From a virus (lineage: Duplodnaviria; Caudoviricetes): a stretch of DNA of 64,000 bases. Under the pieces are notes generated by a model. That model was given only the letters and a program-made list of their open reading frames with translations. It had not been told where the DNA came from and searched no databases. A program made the position numbers and the translations under genes. The stretch spans positions 1 through 64,000 of IMG/VR virus record IMGVR_UViG_3300032321_002024; one strand, written 5' to 3'. This document shows, piece by piece, positions 8,531 to 19,000 of the stretch; the first letter of the stretch is position 1; each line of letters starts with the position of its first letter.

Positions 8531-11500
8531 ATGAGTTATGATTTAACCGGGAGTTCAGCATCATCCACCTATGGTAGGTTGGTTCAAGTTATTCACGGTG
8601 TGCCGGATCTTTACTACGATGGATTCGGAAATCTTTTAGAGTTGGGACTAGGCACAGCATCTGTTGGACCTGCTGGATCTTCTGGAACTTCCGGTTCTAA
8701 TGGAACTTCCGGTTCTAATGGAACTTCCGGAACAAACGGTTCATCTGGAACTTCTGGTTCAAGTGGGTATTCAGGAACATCTGGGTCATCTGGTCAAGAG
8801 GGTTCAAACGGAACATCCGGTTCAAACGGAACATCCGGAACAAATGGTTCATCTGGATCTAGTGGTCAAACAGGAACATCCGGAACATCCGGTGTTGGTA
8901 TATCTGGAAATCCAGGTTCTTCTGGAACAAGAGGAACATCTGGATCAAGTGGTTCTAGTGGAACATCTGGTTCTAATGGAACCTCAGGAACAAATGGTTC
9001 ATCCGGGTCTAGTGGTCAAACAGGAACCTCAGGAACTTCTGGTCAAAACGGAACCTCGGGAAGTTATGGAACCTCCGGAACAAACGGATCGAGTGGTTCA
9101 AGTGGACAAACAGGAACATCCGGATCGAGTGGTGTTAGTATAGCTGGTAGTCCAGGTAGTCCTGGTTCTTCAGGAACATCAGGTTCTAGTGGTATTAACG
9201 GGACAAGTGGTTCATCGGGTCAGAATGGAACCTCGGGGACTAGCAGTTCAAGTGGAACTTCGGGTACGAGTGGATCAAGTGGATCATCTGGATCAAGTGG
9301 ATCATCTGGATCAAGTGGATCATCTGGATCAAGTGGATCATCTGGTCAAAATGGATCAAGTGGAACCTCAGGCACTTCTGGTCAAAATGGATCAAGTGGA
9401 ACCTCAGGCACTTCTGGTTCATCAGGAACATCAGGTCAGAATGGAACTTCCGGTTCTAGTGGTCTTAGTGGATCTTCTGGAACTAGTGGATCAAACGGCA
9501 CCAATGGAACGTCAGGTACATCAGGGTCTAGTGGTTCAAACGGTTCATCAGGAACAAGCGGTACTAATGGAAGTTCAGGCACTAGTGGCACTAGAGGTTC
9601 TTCAGGAACATCTGGCTCAAGCGGTTCTTCAGGAACATCTGGCTCAAGCGGTTCTTCAGGTACAAGTGGTAATGGAATTGCAGGTAATGATGGTTCTAAT
9701 TCAGGTAGGTGGGATTTTAGAGATGCTCCTTCAGCACCAAATAATCCTACTAACAAATATTTTTTAACAAATTCAACTACCATCTCAAGTATAACTGAAA
9801 TTAGTATTAGTAGGAATGATTCTTATTCAACGGATTATTATAATTGGCTAAATACCTTATTAACGATTATCAATACACCAGGTTCTAGTAAACCATATTT
9901 ACAAATAACAGAACTGGGGAATAACAACGTAATTGGTATTTTTGAAGCTAGAGGTGGTACTAACAACACAAGTTATTTTGATTTTACTTTAGACTTTATT
10001 GTTGGTAGCGGTACACTAAACACACTTACCTATACGATTTCATGGGTATATAATGGCGCCGACGGTTCTTCAGGATCTTCAGGCAGTTCAGGATCAAGTG
10101 GATCTTCTGGCACATCTGGATCAAGTGGAACATCAGGTACACGTGGTTCTTCTGGATCGTCTGGAACATCCGGATCTAGCGGATCTTCTGGTACATCTGG
10201 ATCATCTGGTTCAAGTGGAAATTCGGGAACGAGTGGAAGTTCTGGATCATCTGGTCAAAATGGAACATCAGGAACTAGCGGTTCATCTGGAAGTTCTGGA
10301 TCATCTGGAAGTTCTGGATCATCTGGTCAAAATGGAACATCCGGGACCAGTGGATCATCTGGATCAAGTGGAACAAGAGGAACATCTGGTTCAAGCGGTT
10401 CATCTGGAAGTTCTGGTTCTAGTGGTGTTAGTGGAACATCTGGTTCATCCGGTCAAAACGGAACATCTGGTTCATCTGGTAGTTCTGGATCAAGTGGTTC
10501 AAGTGGAACATCTGGATCATCTGGAAGTTCTGGATCAAGTGGTTCAAGTGGAACATCTGGTTCATCCGGTCAAAATGGAACTAGTGGAACATCCGGCTCT
10601 AGTGGAACTAGTGGGACCTCTGGAACATTGGGAACCTCTGGTTCAAGTGGTCTTAGTGTAAGTGCTAGTTTTATGAGGGGCTCTAGAAGCACTCAACAAA
10701 CAAGTGGTTTAACTGTAAACAGTTTAGTTGTATTTACTCAAACAGATGTTTCAACAGGATCAGACATATCACTAAATACAAGTACAGGTCAAATCACTCT
10801 TGCTGCTAATAAAACTTATAGAGTTTTAGGACAAGTTCCCAACGTAGCTGTATCAGGTTCTGTTGTTAGACCAGCTTTCTGTTGGTATAACGAAACAACC
10901 TCTGCTTATGTTGGAAGTGGTGCCTCTTATTATCAACCATCAGATGCTGCTGGATTTGCGGCTGGTGGTGGTCTTTCTGAATTAGTTTTATCAACTACCC
11001 AATCTACTGTAATTTCATATAGAATTTTGAGTATTGGTGGTGGTTCATTATCAGGACTTGGTGGTAATGGTGACTTTGGTTTGACGGGTTCATATCCTTG
11101 GTTTGACATAGAATTGATTAGTGGTTATTCTGCTTTACTTAATGGAACAAGTGGTTCATCAGGAACATCAGGAACATCTGGTTCATCCGGAACATCCGGA
11201 ACAAGTGGTTCATCAGGATTGACATTTACAATTTTAAATAACACGGCTACTCGTTTAGTGACTGCAAATGGAACATCTGGACAAGCCAACGGGGAATCTA
11301 CCTTAACTTATGATGGAGTAACCCTTAAAATGCTTTCTCAATCTGGTGATGAAGGTGGTGAAATTTTCTTAAATAAACCGGTTACAAATAGTTCCATCAA
11401 CACTGGTGTTACAATTGACATCTATCAAAATAGACTTCGAATCTTCGAATCGGGAGGTTCTGTCAGAGGTGCTTACATTGATTTAACAACACAAACTGCG

Positions 11501-11950
11501 GGAGTTGCCACGAACATTTCACCAAATGCTTGGCTTTATGTAACAAGAAATACGAATCAAACTATAGGTTCAGGATTATGGGCGAGTAGAGATGTTATTT
11601 TCAATAATCAAGTCTATTCGAATAACATAACATATAACACATCAACAGGATTGGCTACATTGACCGCAGGAACCTATAGAATAACAGCAAGACTTGCGTG
11701 GAGTGCCGCTGCGAATTATTTAATACAGTTTTCTTTGTTTGATAGTTCAGACAATCAACTGGGTCCAACTGTTGAACAGATACAGCCAACCTCGGGGAGT
11801 TCTAATACCAGCGATGCCTCTTTTGATATGATATACGATGCTGCCTCTACGATAAACGTTAAAATTAGAACATTAAGTACTACCACAGCTCAAGCTGGTG
11901 AGTACATTAGAGGAGATCTGAATACACAGTTAATTATTCAAAAGATTTGA
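8531..11950 (+). CDS. Gly-X-X (GSS/GTS) repeat fibre or tail-fibre-like protein with interspersed beta domains and C-terminal C1q-like/jelly-roll domain
   Basis: Three blocks of G-X-X triplets rich in S/T/N separated by globular beta-rich segments; late promoter upstream. Confidence 0.7.
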   Translation: MSYDLTGSSASSTYGRLVQVIHGVPDLYYDGFGNLLELGLGTASVGPAGSSGTSGSNGTSGSNGTSGTNGSSGTSGSSGYSGTSGSSGQEGSNGTSGSNGTSGTNGSSGSSGQTGTSGTSGVGISGNPGSSGTRGTSGSSGSSGTSGSNGTSGTNGSSGSSGQTGTSGTSGQNGTSGSYGTSGTNGSSGSSGQTGTSGSSGVSIAGSPGSPGSSGTSGSSGINGTSGSSGQNGTSGTSSSSGTSGTSGSSGSSGSSGSSGSSGSSGSSGSSGQNGSSGTSGTSGQNGSSGTSGTSGSSGTSGQNGTSGSSGLSGSSGTSGSNGTNGTSGTSGSSGSNGSSGTSGTNGSSGTSGTRGSSGTSGSSGSSGTSGSSGSSGTSGNGIAGNDGSNSGRWDFRDAPSAPNNPTNKYFLTNSTTISSITEISISRNDSYSTDYYNWLNTLLTIINTPGSSKPYLQITELGNNNVIGIFEARGGTNNTSYFDFTLDFIVGSGTLNTLTYTISWVYNGADGSSGSSGSSGSSGSSGTSGSSGTSGTRGSSGSSGTSGSSGSSGTSGSSGSSGNSGTSGSSGSSGQNGTSGTSGSSGSSGSSGSSGSSGQNGTSGTSGSSGSSGTRGTSGSSGSSGSSGSSGVSGTSGSSGQNGTSGSSGSSGSSGSSGTSGSSGSSGSSGSSGTSGSSGQNGTSGTSGSSGTSGTSGTLGTSGSSGLSVSASFMRGSRSTQQTSGLTVNSLVVFTQTDVSTGSDISLNTSTGQITLAANKTYRVLGQVPNVAVSGSVVRPAFCWYNETTSAYVGSGASYYQPSDAAGFAAGGGLSELVLSTTQSTVISYRILSIGGGSLSGLGGNGDFGLTGSYPWFDIELISGYSALLNGTSGSSGTSGTSGSSGTSGTSGSSGLTFTILNNTATRLVTANGTSGQANGESTLTYDGVTLKMLSQSGDEGGEIFLNKPVTNSSINTGVTIDIYQNRLRIFESGGSVRGAYIDLTTQTAGVATNISPNAWLYVTRNTNQTIGSGLWASRDVIFNNQVYSNNITYNTSTGLATLTAGTYRITARLAWSAAANYLIQFSLFDSSDNQLGPTVEQIQPTSGSSNTSDASFDMIYDAASTINVKIRTLSTTTAQAGEYIRGDLNTQLIIQKI
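8669..11220 (+). repeat. 9-nt-period coding repeats (GSS/GTS/GSN/GQN triplets) in three blocks (~8669-9690, ~10064-10650, ~11143-11220)
   Basis: e.g. ggatcaagtggatcatct tandem copies at 9273-9345. Confidence 0.9.
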
Positions 11951-11951
11951 T

Positions 11952-11979
11952 AAAAAAACGAGGTTTTACCCTCGTTTTT
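11952..11979. terminator. Bidirectional intrinsic terminator
   Basis: A7-CGAGG-TTTTAC-CCTCG-T5 between convergent genes. Confidence 0.8.
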
Positions 11980-12451
11980 AAGATTTTGACAAATCATCAA
12001 GAAAATTTTTCTCGTTTTGAGTTAAAGAGTTCATTCCGGACTTTAATATTTTATCAAGAATAGCGTCTGTTTCAAGAACTTCTTTTACATTAGAAACTTT
12101 TTTGTTTGATTCTTTTTTAACTTCTGCAAAAACTTTAGTATTCTTTTTAGTTTTAAAATCAGTTGGTTGAATCTTCAAAAGTCTATCTTTTTCTTTTTGA
12201 GAAAGATGATTGTAGTTGGAATTCAAATAAAGACCTTTATAAAGAGGTTTTGAAAAACTATCTCTTAAAGCTTCTTTTTTCACACTACCAATTACATAAG
12301 ATTTGTCTTTTTCCCAGTATAATAGTGTAGAACCAGACTCTTTGAACACAGCCAATGTGCCAGGTTGTAGATTAAGTTGTTCGCAGATAACATCAAGTTG
12401 TTGATTGTTATATTTTTTGATTTCAATACAGATAATATTTGACCAGTTCAT
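11978..12451 (-). CDS. Hypothetical protein with C-terminal DUF6576-like domain
   Basis: TDAILDKILKSGMNSLTQNEKNFL matches the ILDKIxxSGxxSLTxxEK motif found on Bacteroidota rhomboid tails. Confidence 0.6.
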   Translation of the reverse strand: MNWSNIICIEIKKYNNQQLDVICEQLNLQPGTLAVFKESGSTLLYWEKDKSYVIGSVKKEALRDSFSKPLYKGLYLNSNYNHLSQKEKDRLLKIQPTDFKTKKNTKVFAEVKKESNKKVSNVKEVLETDAILDKILKSGMNSLTQNEKNFLDDLSKS

Positions 12452-12475
12452 CGTAGTGTTTTTTATTTATTTATA

Positions 12476-12555
12476 CAAATATACAAAATTTTTATAGAAA
12501 ACCAAAGAATTTTTAGATTTAATTTTTATTGTTTCTCTATTCATTTACAAATATA
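12476..12555 (-). promoter_or_regulatory. Two tandem Bacteroidota-type TAnnTTTG promoters
   Basis: TTTTGTATATTTGTA on the minus strand, cores at 12476-12483 and 12548-12555. Confidence 0.65.
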
Positions 12556-12606
12556 CAAAATTCGGCATAAAGAAAATAATATATACAAAAAAATTAAATC
12601 AATTTG

Positions 12607-15492
12607 ATGAAATATCTAAACTCTAGAGATAACTATCTAAAAAATATTAACGAAAGAAAAAGAATCCAACAAGATAAAATGTTGGAAGACTTAACAACTA
12701 AATTAATTTTAGAAGAAAATGCTCCAGGTTCTGGTGCTTTTGGAAACAATGTGAAATGGGGAGACTCACTTTTAGGAAGATTTATAAACTTTATTATTCG
12801 TAAGGTTGGTGTTGGAGTTGATATGGGTAGAATATCTTTAGTTGCTAAACAAATGAAATTGCAATTTGAAAGATTGGTTAGTGAATCAGCAATCAGAACA
12901 CTTTCTAAAGAAGACCAAGAAGATATTTCAAAAGTTCAAATTTCTTCTATCTTAGGAGTTCTTAAGAAAGCTGTAGATGATGGAGAAAAAGTTGGTAAAC
13001 TTAAAGACATCACACAAAGCACTATTGATAATTTAGAAGATTTAGAAGTTAGTGAGAAATCAGAAGAGTCAAAAAAAGTTATAATCGCTGCTTTAGAGGA
13101 ATTTTTAAAGTTCTTAGAAAAGTATAAAGATTCTGATGGTAAAGGTGGTCCTTTATCTGAAGATGCTGATAAAACTGAAGATGATGACGAAAAAGAAAGT
13201 GAAGAAGGAAAACCAGGTGATAAAATATCAATCAAAACAGGATACCCTACAATGATTAAGAACTTGAAAGCTCTTTCTTTGGTTTTGGCTAATTATAAGA
13301 AATTTAAACCTAAGGCTATTGTGTCATCACCTGAAGATTATTTTCACATTACAAAAGGTGGTGAAACTATTGAGGGAATTCAAAAAGATGTCAAAATTAA
13401 TAAGAATAAATTGGCAATTGAGCAAATTTGGTCTGCAAATGCAAAAACTTTAGAACCTTATACTATAAAGGCTGATAAATCCAAAATGGACAAAAACAAA
13501 TTACAATTAGGTAAAGATATAAAAATCAAATTGTCTTTAGTTAAAGAAAGTTTCATATTTGAGGAAGGTCCAATTCAAACTACTATGGTTGGTGATAAAT
13601 CAGGCATCGGTGCTGGTGGTGCTAAAGATAGAAATGTCGGAACTGGAAAAGAAGATCATTTAACGCAAGCTTATACTAAATTAAAGAAAGCATGTGAAGT
13701 ATTAGAAAATCCTAAAGATAAAGGTATCGGTGTTACATTCGACTTCTTAAAAGCTATTACTGATAAATCAGTTGACGAAGAAAGTAAAGTTGCTATAAAA
13801 TCCTTATATAAAGAAATACTGAGATATTTAATTGGTGATAAAAAAGCTACTTTAAATGCGCCAGCTGATAGTTTGTTTGTTGAATCTGTAGATACTATCA
13901 AAGATAAAAATAAAAAAATCATTGTAGCTGAGAAAATAGCTAGATTTACAATGAGAGCTATTCAATTTGATGGTCAAAATCTTTATGCTGGGTTGGGTGA
14001 TTTAGGTAAACCACTTCAACAGTTTGTTGATTCAATGAAAGAATTGAAAAAAATTGACCCAGAAGAGTTAAAAGAAGTTGTTAAAAAACAAGAATCTAAA
14101 CTATTAAAGTATGATTCTTATTTAACTTTAATTAGAGAAGCAGAAGGAGATGGGGCTCAAGCTCAAGGTGAGAATAAAGAAGACAAATCTGCTGAAATTT
14201 CAAAAGAGATTAAAGAATACTTTGATGAGAATTTAGACTTTGATGCTTTCTTACTTTCTGAAGAAGAAGTAAAAGTAGTTGAAGAGAAAGTAGAAGATGC
14301 TTCTAAGGAACAAGGTAAATCTATCATTATTAATGGAATGAATCCAATAATTGAAATTGTTAGACTTTTCAATAGAGCTTATAAATTACATACAACAGAT
14401 GTTATTCCGGGAGCTAGGACTGACGGTGCTGTTGATAGATTAACTTATAATGAATATACTGCATTTGGTAGTTCTTCTGGTGCGCCATCGGCTACTGAGC
14501 ACGGACCATATAGACACAAAAAGACATTCAACATTTGGGAAGATGCTGTTTTTGATATACTTGCTGATACAAGATTTTCTCCAGTATTTGCTAAAGAAAC
14601 TGTTTTAGATGATGGTGGTGGTAATGTAAGAGAAGGAGCAGGTGTTGCTTTAAGACAACTAATGACTGATCTTTTAGATGGTGATAATCTTTATAAATCA
14701 AGTGGTGGCGGTGATTCCGCTGGTGCTCAAAAGAAGGCTATTGAGAAATACTTTGGTGAAACAGCAACAACTTTCTTTGAAACTAACTCAGACGTTCAGT
14801 TGGGTATGGTTGATAAGAAAACGGGTAAGAATGATATAGAAATCAACAATGAAACTGCTGATGCTATAACTGTTTCTAACTTACAATTTACAAAATCAAG
14901 TTCTCTTACTTCTGATGAAGTTTTAAAAGAAAGTAAGTTTAGATTTACCACTCTTCAAGTAAATGGTAAGGATTCCGAAGGAAAAATTGTTCGTTGGTAT
15001 CTTTTTGTTAATGAAATGGCAAATGATAAATATTATGTTATGATGTCTAAAACAATGGCTTGGTTTAGAAACCTTATACAAAGTGAGTATCCATCTACTG
15101 AAATAGGTAAAGGTGATTCTGATGTTGCTCCTGAAATGAGAGATAGATTAGGTAGTGGTCCATATCCTATTATTCACACAGTTATGACTAAGAAAGCTTT
15201 GGAAAGTATTGCAAATAATAGATCTAAATCAATTGAAGTGAAAGGTTTGGTAAAAGAACAGGATAAACCTAAAACAATTACAGAAAACATAACAATTACA
15301 AATGTTAACTGGTTATCTCTTAAAAAAATGGAAGATAATAAAGTTAAAGGTCTAAACATATTAAAGTTAGAATCTAAGGATAATGTTGCTAATTCTTTAA
15401 AATCTATAAAACCAGCATTCATTAATTACAGAGAGGTTGTTGATAAAAAATATAACGAGGGTAAATTTACCCCAGGGGTGATTTCAAAATGA
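12607..15492 (+). CDS. Large putative virion internal protein with LysM-like insert; shares a domain with 48389-50089
   Basis: MKYLNSRDNY N-terminus, TAATATATAC promoter, paralogous YPTMIKNL...EDHL...KDKGIG...VAEKIAR...QFDG block. Confidence 0.7.
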   Translation: MKYLNSRDNYLKNINERKRIQQDKMLEDLTTKLILEENAPGSGAFGNNVKWGDSLLGRFINFIIRKVGVGVDMGRISLVAKQMKLQFERLVSESAIRTLSKEDQEDISKVQISSILGVLKKAVDDGEKVGKLKDITQSTIDNLEDLEVSEKSEESKKVIIAALEEFLKFLEKYKDSDGKGGPLSEDADKTEDDDEKESEEGKPGDKISIKTGYPTMIKNLKALSLVLANYKKFKPKAIVSSPEDYFHITKGGETIEGIQKDVKINKNKLAIEQIWSANAKTLEPYTIKADKSKMDKNKLQLGKDIKIKLSLVKESFIFEEGPIQTTMVGDKSGIGAGGAKDRNVGTGKEDHLTQAYTKLKKACEVLENPKDKGIGVTFDFLKAITDKSVDEESKVAIKSLYKEILRYLIGDKKATLNAPADSLFVESVDTIKDKNKKIIVAEKIARFTMRAIQFDGQNLYAGLGDLGKPLQQFVDSMKELKKIDPEELKEVVKKQESKLLKYDSYLTLIREAEGDGAQAQGENKEDKSAEISKEIKEYFDENLDFDAFLLSEEEVKVVEEKVEDASKEQGKSIIINGMNPIIEIVRLFNRAYKLHTTDVIPGARTDGAVDRLTYNEYTAFGSSSGAPSATEHGPYRHKKTFNIWEDAVFDILADTRFSPVFAKETVLDDGGGNVREGAGVALRQLMTDLLDGDNLYKSSGGGDSAGAQKKAIEKYFGETATTFFETNSDVQLGMVDKKTGKNDIEINNETADAITVSNLQFTKSSSLTSDEVLKESKFRFTTLQVNGKDSEGKIVRWYLFVNEMANDKYYVMMSKTMAWFRNLIQSEYPSTEIGKGDSDVAPEMRDRLGSGPYPIIHTVMTKKALESIANNRSKSIEVKGLVKEQDKPKTITENITITNVNWLSLKKMEDNKVKGLNILKLESKDNVANSLKSIKPAFINYREVVDKKYNEGKFTPGVISK

Positions 15493-16004
15493 GATATCTA
15501 AGAAAATATGATTTTTTTAAAGAAGTATTAAATATATCTACTACGGATAGACCTGATGAGAAATTAGCAAAGCAAAGTGCCAATGAAATTGAATTTCATT
15601 TAAATAAATATCCAAAAGGAAAACAGAGCATCGAACAACTTTATAATTCAACTAAAAATGACTTAGAAATTGAAAAAGAGTTAAAAAAAATTGTTGAATA
15701 TGAGATACCACCTGAAAAAGGATTGAAAATAAATCCATTTTTATCAGAGTGGGCAAAGATTTGTAGTTTGGAGTCAAGAATTCTGAAAGCGAATAATCAA
15801 AAAATCAAAGCTGAGAGTGATATCCAATCAGTAACTGATGAAAAATTGAAAAAAGATTTAACAGACAAAGTAACAGTTTATAAAAAAGATTTGTCTACAC
15901 TACCCAATGAGTTAAAAAAGCTTATGACTGATCATGAAACGAAAATGAAAGAAGTCAGAAAAAATTTAGAGGAGGATATTAAAGAAATTAAATTTAAAAA
16001 GTAA
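15489..16004 (+). CDS. Coiled-coil protein with capsid-targeting-like N-terminus
   Basis: MRYLRKYDFFKE; helical charged body. Confidence 0.65.
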   Translation: MRYLRKYDFFKEVLNISTTDRPDEKLAKQSANEIEFHLNKYPKGKQSIEQLYNSTKNDLEIEKELKKIVEYEIPPEKGLKINPFLSEWAKICSLESRILKANNQKIKAESDIQSVTDEKLKKDLTDKVTVYKKDLSTLPNELKKLMTDHETKMKEVRKNLEEDIKEIKFKK

Positions 16005-16069
16005 AAAAAGAAAAAAACCTGTTTTTTCTTTTTTATATATACTATAAAATTAAAAAAAATATAAACAAT

Positions 16070-19000
16070 ATGGCAATTCAAATTGGAAAATACAAGAGAC
16101 CAGGAATCTTCTTAGAAGAATTTGACAAGTCTGTAATCACAAGCCCAGTAGTTGAAGGTATTACAAACCTTGTTATTGGTGTTTCAAGAAAAGGGCCTGT
16201 TAATACGCCGATTAGAATAACTACAACTTCTGAGTTGGAGTCTATTTTCGGACAATTAGATAGAGGATTAGAAAGAAAGGGTTCATTCTTTCATAGAACA
16301 GTTTCTAAAATGGTGGAAACTGCTCCAGTTTTCGCTATGAACCTTTTAGTAACTGATGATACATTAGATGTTATTGAGTATCAATCTTTATCATCTTCTG
16401 CAGCTTCAAGTAATGATATTGAAAGAGAGGGTCCTTATAGAAGATTCTTTGATACAACAGGTTTCTGGAAAAGAGACACTGATTCTTTTATTAACCTTAC
16501 TAAAAACACATCAGGTTATTCTGAGAGAGCATTTAATATTACTAACCTTTCGGATAGATATGTTTCTGTTTTCATCTTTAAATCTACTTTAACTGGTTTT
16601 GATAGAACATTACTTGAATGGTATGGTTCTATTGAGAAATTGCCGTCATATGTAAACGCTTTGGATTATGCTTCTGATTATCTTGTTGATGTTGTTATTA
16701 TCGCAGGTGATTGGTCTAATTATCAAGAGTTGGCAGTTGATCCAAGATGGAGCAATTACTTTAGTGCATCTGGTCTTAGAAAAGCTCAAGTTAGAAACTT
16801 CGCAGATGATAGAAATATTACAACATTAGCATACTACGAAGGATTGTCATTGATTCCATATTTTAGAGATCTTAATGGTAGAAATATCTTTATCGAAACT
16901 ACTATTAACAGAGATACTGATAGAACAGGTGTGTTCTGTGCATTTAACAATGATGTAGTTGAAACTGATTACTACAATGGTGTATTAGACTTATTGGGTA
17001 ATACAATTGCTGATGGTGGTGAAAATGAAATTAATTTCTTATCATATAAAGAAACAATCACTGAAGATGTTGAGATTGTTTCAACTCCACTTGACTTACC
17101 GGGTAACGTAACTGCAATGTTAGGTGATTTAGGTCCATCATATGGTTCTTATTCATACGTGTCTCAACCAGCTCACGCTTATGGATTTGATTTAAACCCT
17201 GCTAATGAATTTTCAGAAACTTTATTAACAACTGGTTTGGTTGAGAATCCTGAAAGAACAGCTTGGTTTGGTGAAGGTTCTGTTTATAACGTGGATTTAG
17301 TTTCATCTACACCTGCTATCGTTACAGCTACAACATCTATTAGTGTGACATACGGAGCTGGTCCAGGTGCCTATGGTGTGATTGGTGATACTCTTATTCC
17401 TATCGCTGCAACCGCTACTTTGGTTATGAACGCTGGTGACTATCCATTTAGCACTACATTAGCTACTTACTCATCTGCTTTCATTCTTGATACTACTGGT
17501 GAGATTCAAGTGGTTAGTAGTTTATCTGTTGGTGTTAATCCAGCTGTTGGTGCTACTGATATAGTTTTAGGTTACATTGACTTAGGAGTTGCTTCTCAGT
17601 CTTTTGTTTCCCCTTTATCTTTCTCAGTTGAAGATGTAACTGTTGGAACTTCTGAGTATATTGACTATGATTTTGGAACTTACTCAACTAGTGACTACTA
17701 CATTTCTGAAGTTACTGCCGGATCCGGTGTAATCAAAATTGAATTCCCTGGAACAAATGATACACCATCTGTTACAAATTACAAACAATGGAGAAAATTC
17801 AAAATGTTTAACAGATTAGTTAATCTAATTGATGGTCCTAATAAAAATAGAATGTCATTGGTATTAAATCCAGTTACATATGAAAAATATAGTTTTGAAA
17901 ATATTACAATTTCAAATATTGTTCAAAGTTCTCTTCTAAATAAATCATTTAACTTAACTACTGGTTTGACAACGGCTCAGTTATCTGATATCTTAAATGG
18001 TTATTTAGTAATCTACACTGAAGATAATGAGTTTATCTTAGGAAGTGAAGGTGTTCAGACTAAATCAGATATGGCTGATATCAATAATAACAGTGATTCT
18101 ATTGGTGTTGTTGGTAAATACTCAACATTCTACACTAAAAACTACGATGGTCAAATTAATACAAAAGATTACTTCTTTAGTAACCGATTATTCTTAGACG
18201 CATCTGGGGCATCAGCTAGTGAACCAAACTTGCTTAATACAACAGTTGATGTGTTATTCGTAGATGGTGAAGAAGCAACAAATGGTGGTAACACTCAATC
18301 TTGGGCTGGTTATGACTACATCATTTTTAGATCAGATGTTCCAGTTTGGGACACTGAAATCAACTTAGCAACATTTGAACAAGTTTATTTCCCTGATTCT
18401 ACCTTAAATAAAGGTTCATTTACGATAGCTTCTAACGAAGTGACTGCTTTTAATGGTAAAAGTCCACAACAAATTGCTGGTCTTTTAGGATACGGTAATG
18501 GTACTACATTATCTAAATATTACGCTTACACAGTAGCTGAAGAAGTTGTTTATGAGTCACTTACAGATGTATCAAGAATGTATGACTATCTTGTTAGACA
18601 TTATTTGAGAATGTATGTAGATAACGATGGAACATTATATGTTGAATTTAAAGATTCTGATTTAGCAACTGATGTTGATGTTGCGGCTTTAGCAAACAAC
18701 ACATTCTACATCAAATCTGAAAAATCAAATTTCAAACAAACAGTAGAGGTTGAAATTCCATCTGGATATGTTCAAGTTCCAAATAAAGTTTTAATTAATG
18801 GTGAGAGATATTCAGAAGTAAAAGTTGGAGATTTCTTAGAAGCTTACTATGATACTACGTTATTACAAACTGGTCAGTATCCAAGAAAACTTACAAGAAT
18901 CTTGTCTAAGAGACAATACTCTGGTGATGCTTCTTTAACTGAGGTTACTTGTGACTCAAGAATTGCTACAAGATTCTCTGGAGGACAACTTCAAACACAA

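Noticed and set aside
8664-10661. Alternative-frame ORFs inside the Gly-X-X gene
   Set aside because: By-products of the 9-nt periodic repeat.
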